Positions 1 through 64,000 of a stretch of 64,000 nucleotides of DNA are shown one piece after another; positions within the stretch are counted from its first letter, which is position 1, and the number at the start of each line of letters is the position of its first letter. The stretch comes from Eledone cirrhosa (taxonomy: Eukaryota). Below the pieces are notes generated by a model that ran no database searches, was not told the DNA's origin, and saw nothing but the letters and a program-made list of their open reading frames with translations. Both the position numbers and the translations under genes were made by a program. The stretch is from NCBI GenBank assembly GCA_964016885.1, contig OZ024745.1, positions 30,132,001-30,196,000 of the forward strand. The letters run 5' to 3'.

Positions 1-257
1 AAGAGATATGGAGGAAAAATCAACCCCAGTTCTAGATGAATATTTTTTTTATCAACCTCGAAAGAACAAATGGCAAAGTTGAACTTGGTGGGATTTGAAT
101 TCAGAGCACAGAGAACCAAAACAAATCTTGCAAAGCAGTCTATCTGCCTTCTAACAACTCTGCCAATTTACTGCATATATTGTTTATATATATATTAAAA
201 AAAAAGAAAGAATCTTTAAATACACTTTTCCATATCTATTTTTACCTATTATCTATG

Positions 258-295
<38 letters not shown>

Positions 296-301
<6 letters not shown>

Positions 302-450
302 GGAGCTTCTACAGGACTAGTACTGTTTCATTCAGATGAAATCTTCAGGAAGCTGGGTGTCATATTAAGTTCTGAACTTAATATGACACCCAGCTTCCTG
401 AAGATTTCATCTGAATGAAACAGTACTAGTCCTGTAGAAGCTCCTTCTAT
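296..450. repeat. perfect inverted repeat (~77-bp arms, 1-nt spacer at 373)
   Basis: atagaaggagcttc...aagttc t gaactt...gaagctccttctat. Confidence 0.95.
392..442 (+). ncRNA. type I hammerhead ribozyme motif (mirror copy 304-354 minus)
   Basis: agcttc CTGAAGA tttcatctgaat GAAA cag-tactagtc-ctg TA gaagct. Confidence 0.8.
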
Positions 451-528
451 AAAATAAAAATTTTTTACTCTGCCATGTATTGAGTACCTTACTTACTGTG
501 GTTATCCCCGACTCAACCCGGGACCTAC

Positions 529-573
<45 letters not shown>

Positions 574-578
<5 letters not shown>

Positions 579-857
579 ACTAGAGATTGGTTAACATATA
601 AATAAACATGAATAATCACAGGAGATAATTTTTACAAGTGTGTAACCACACATAGCTAGGTAGGTAACTAAATAAAGTTGACCAGAACTTCAAAAATAGA
701 TACCTTATAATATGATTAATCTTTCCTGTATATATTCCATTAAAGAAATATATTTCACCAATTAATCAGATGGTAAACCAAAGAAGTGGAGACTTGGATT
801 TTCAACAAGGAAGATTATTCATGTTTATTTATATGTTAATCAATCTCTAGTTATTAT
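574..857. repeat. ~45-bp inverted repeats with spacer
   Basis: taataactagagattggttaacatataaataaacatgaataatc vs gattattcatgtttatttatatgttaatcaatctctagttatta. Confidence 0.85.
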
Positions 858-1369
858 AAAATGCTCGGACCTACTCGTTAGAATCTTAGAGCTTATTTTG
901 TGGGTGATATGGCGCATGTCTTTCTGGCATGACACCCATAATTTTGATTTAGATTAAATTTGTTTGATTTATCTTAATTTTGGATATATATATATATATA
1001 TAAAAATATACACACACACACTCTGTAAGGTCATAGTGCTGGTCCCATAAAAAAAAGCGCGCTATCCAATCTGTTACGAGATAAAACTGGTAACATGATG
1101 AAAAACACCCAGCTGATTCTGTAAGATGGTACTGCCAGAGTCATTATAAAATGGTCCCTGTGCAAGCCATGAATTGGATGACATTAGGAAGGGCATTCAG
1201 CCATAGAAACCATGCTAGAATGGAATGTATGAGCAGAAGACAGTCATCTGACCTTCCTACCCAGCCACAGGATGTGACAACATGTCTGACACATACAACA
1301 TCGAAAATAGACATAATATGCTAATCGAATAATAATGAGGATATATATATATATATGTATTAAACATAC

Positions 1370-62593
<61,224 letters not shown>

Positions 62594-63732
62594 CTAGTGT
62601 TTAAAAGAAATTAACATAATGGCTTAAATATCATTTGAAACCACATATCACATTGAGTTCCCCCTCATTTTATTATATATATGTACGTATGGATGTATGG
62701 ACTCATAATAATATCATAGTGACCTACAGCATTTCTTAAGCATTTTGTTTACACCTGGCAGAGCCCACCTTCTCTTCACAATGAAATAAAGCCAATTTCT
62801 TCCAGAGTAAGAAAAAAGAGTGAAAGAGAGGAAGTGAGAAAGAGACATAGAGAAAATAGACACCAGTACTAAACTAATAGTAACTATAACTTTTGATTTA
62901 TATGGAACATTATCACCCCTTTTTTTTTCACTACAGTATATATATATATATATATACACAGCCTGCACTGTAAAGTGGTTCTATAGGTGTCATGACAAAA
63001 AGCACCCAGTCCACACTGTAAAGTTGTCATGTAGGTGTCATGAGAAAAATCACCCAGTATACTCTGTAAATGTGGTTGGCCTTAGGAAGGAGATCCAGCC
63101 ATAGAAATCAATACAAACTTAGTTCTATGACATCTAAACATGGTCCTCAAACCTGGATCTCTCACAAAGGGTCAGCATGTCCCACCCTTTCTAGCATGAC
63201 AATGGATGTTAAACGATGATGATGATGATAATGATGATAATGATGATATAAACTATTAAAAATAGTTTATCAACACAGTTGCTTGCTAACATTTATAATA
63301 ATATTTGTGTTTGTACATAACATAAACCTCTTGGTTTCCTTTGTCTATTCTATGGAAACTCATGACACTGAATATGTGTGTGTGTGTGTGTGTGCGTGTG
63401 TGTGCATGTGAGTATAGTGGTAGAGCTGGTGCTATGACAAGCATCTAGTTCTCAATGTAAGAAATGGTGACATAACAAAAAACACCCAGCTGATTCTGTT
63501 CTGTAAGATGGTACTGCCAGAGTCATGATAAAATTCTCCCTGTCCATGCCATAAACTGGATGACATTAGGAAGGGCATTCAGCCATTAAAACCATGACAG
63601 AATGGACTGTATGAGAGTCATCTGACCTTTCTAACCATCTTGAGAGGGTGACAACAGGTCTAACCCATGTAAGTATAGAAAAATAGTCATAAAATGATAA
63701 CGATAATAATGATGAGGATATATATATATATA

Positions 63733-63897
63733 TATAAAGAAAAAAAGATGAAATCGAAAATGCAACTGGAGTCTTATTTAAAAAAATATATATATATTTA
63801 TTTGGTTCTTTATTTGGTAAAGGAACCAAATAAATATATATTTAAAAAAAAAAAAAGACTCCAGTTGCATTTTCGATTTCATCTTTTTTTCTTTATA
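63733..63897. repeat. imperfect hairpin/inverted repeat
   Basis: tataaagaaaaaaagatgaaatcgaaaatgcaactggagtctt / aagactccagttgcattttcgatttcatctttttttctttata. Confidence 0.9.
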
Positions 63898-63952
63898 CTT
63901 TCACTCGTGTAGGACACCTCGGTTATTTTTCATTTTGTTAAAAAAACCTCAC

Positions 63953-64000
<48 letters not shown>

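Overview
AT-rich eukaryotic DNA full of (TA)n microsatellites. Its repeats (tRNA/CORE-type SINEs, RTE LINEs, Penelope-like elements) resemble those I recognise from octopod cephalopods; the taxon is an inference. The ORF track misses the main feature: a minus-strand gene segment of 25 micro-exons (45, 48 or 51 nt), which I read by hand. Each has an AG acceptor and a GTATGT/GTACGT donor, is symmetric phase 1, has no stop codon, and encodes one copy of a 15-17 aa repeat (consensus ~EILxAAKKEGxLTPEE). The exons form a 9-exon, 447-nt (149 aa) super-repeat duplicated in tandem as ~21-kb units (about 1-21204, 21205-42872, 42873-end). The gene's start and end lie outside the window. Introns carry both shared and unit-specific transposons (CR1, RTE, Penelope, maT-type mariner, SINEs), mostly sitting in (TA)n tracts. 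They also carry about 15 type-I hammerhead ribozyme motifs, several inside long inverted repeats and one in a retrozyme-like 466-bp repeat. Most listed ORFs are microsatellite or antisense artefacts.
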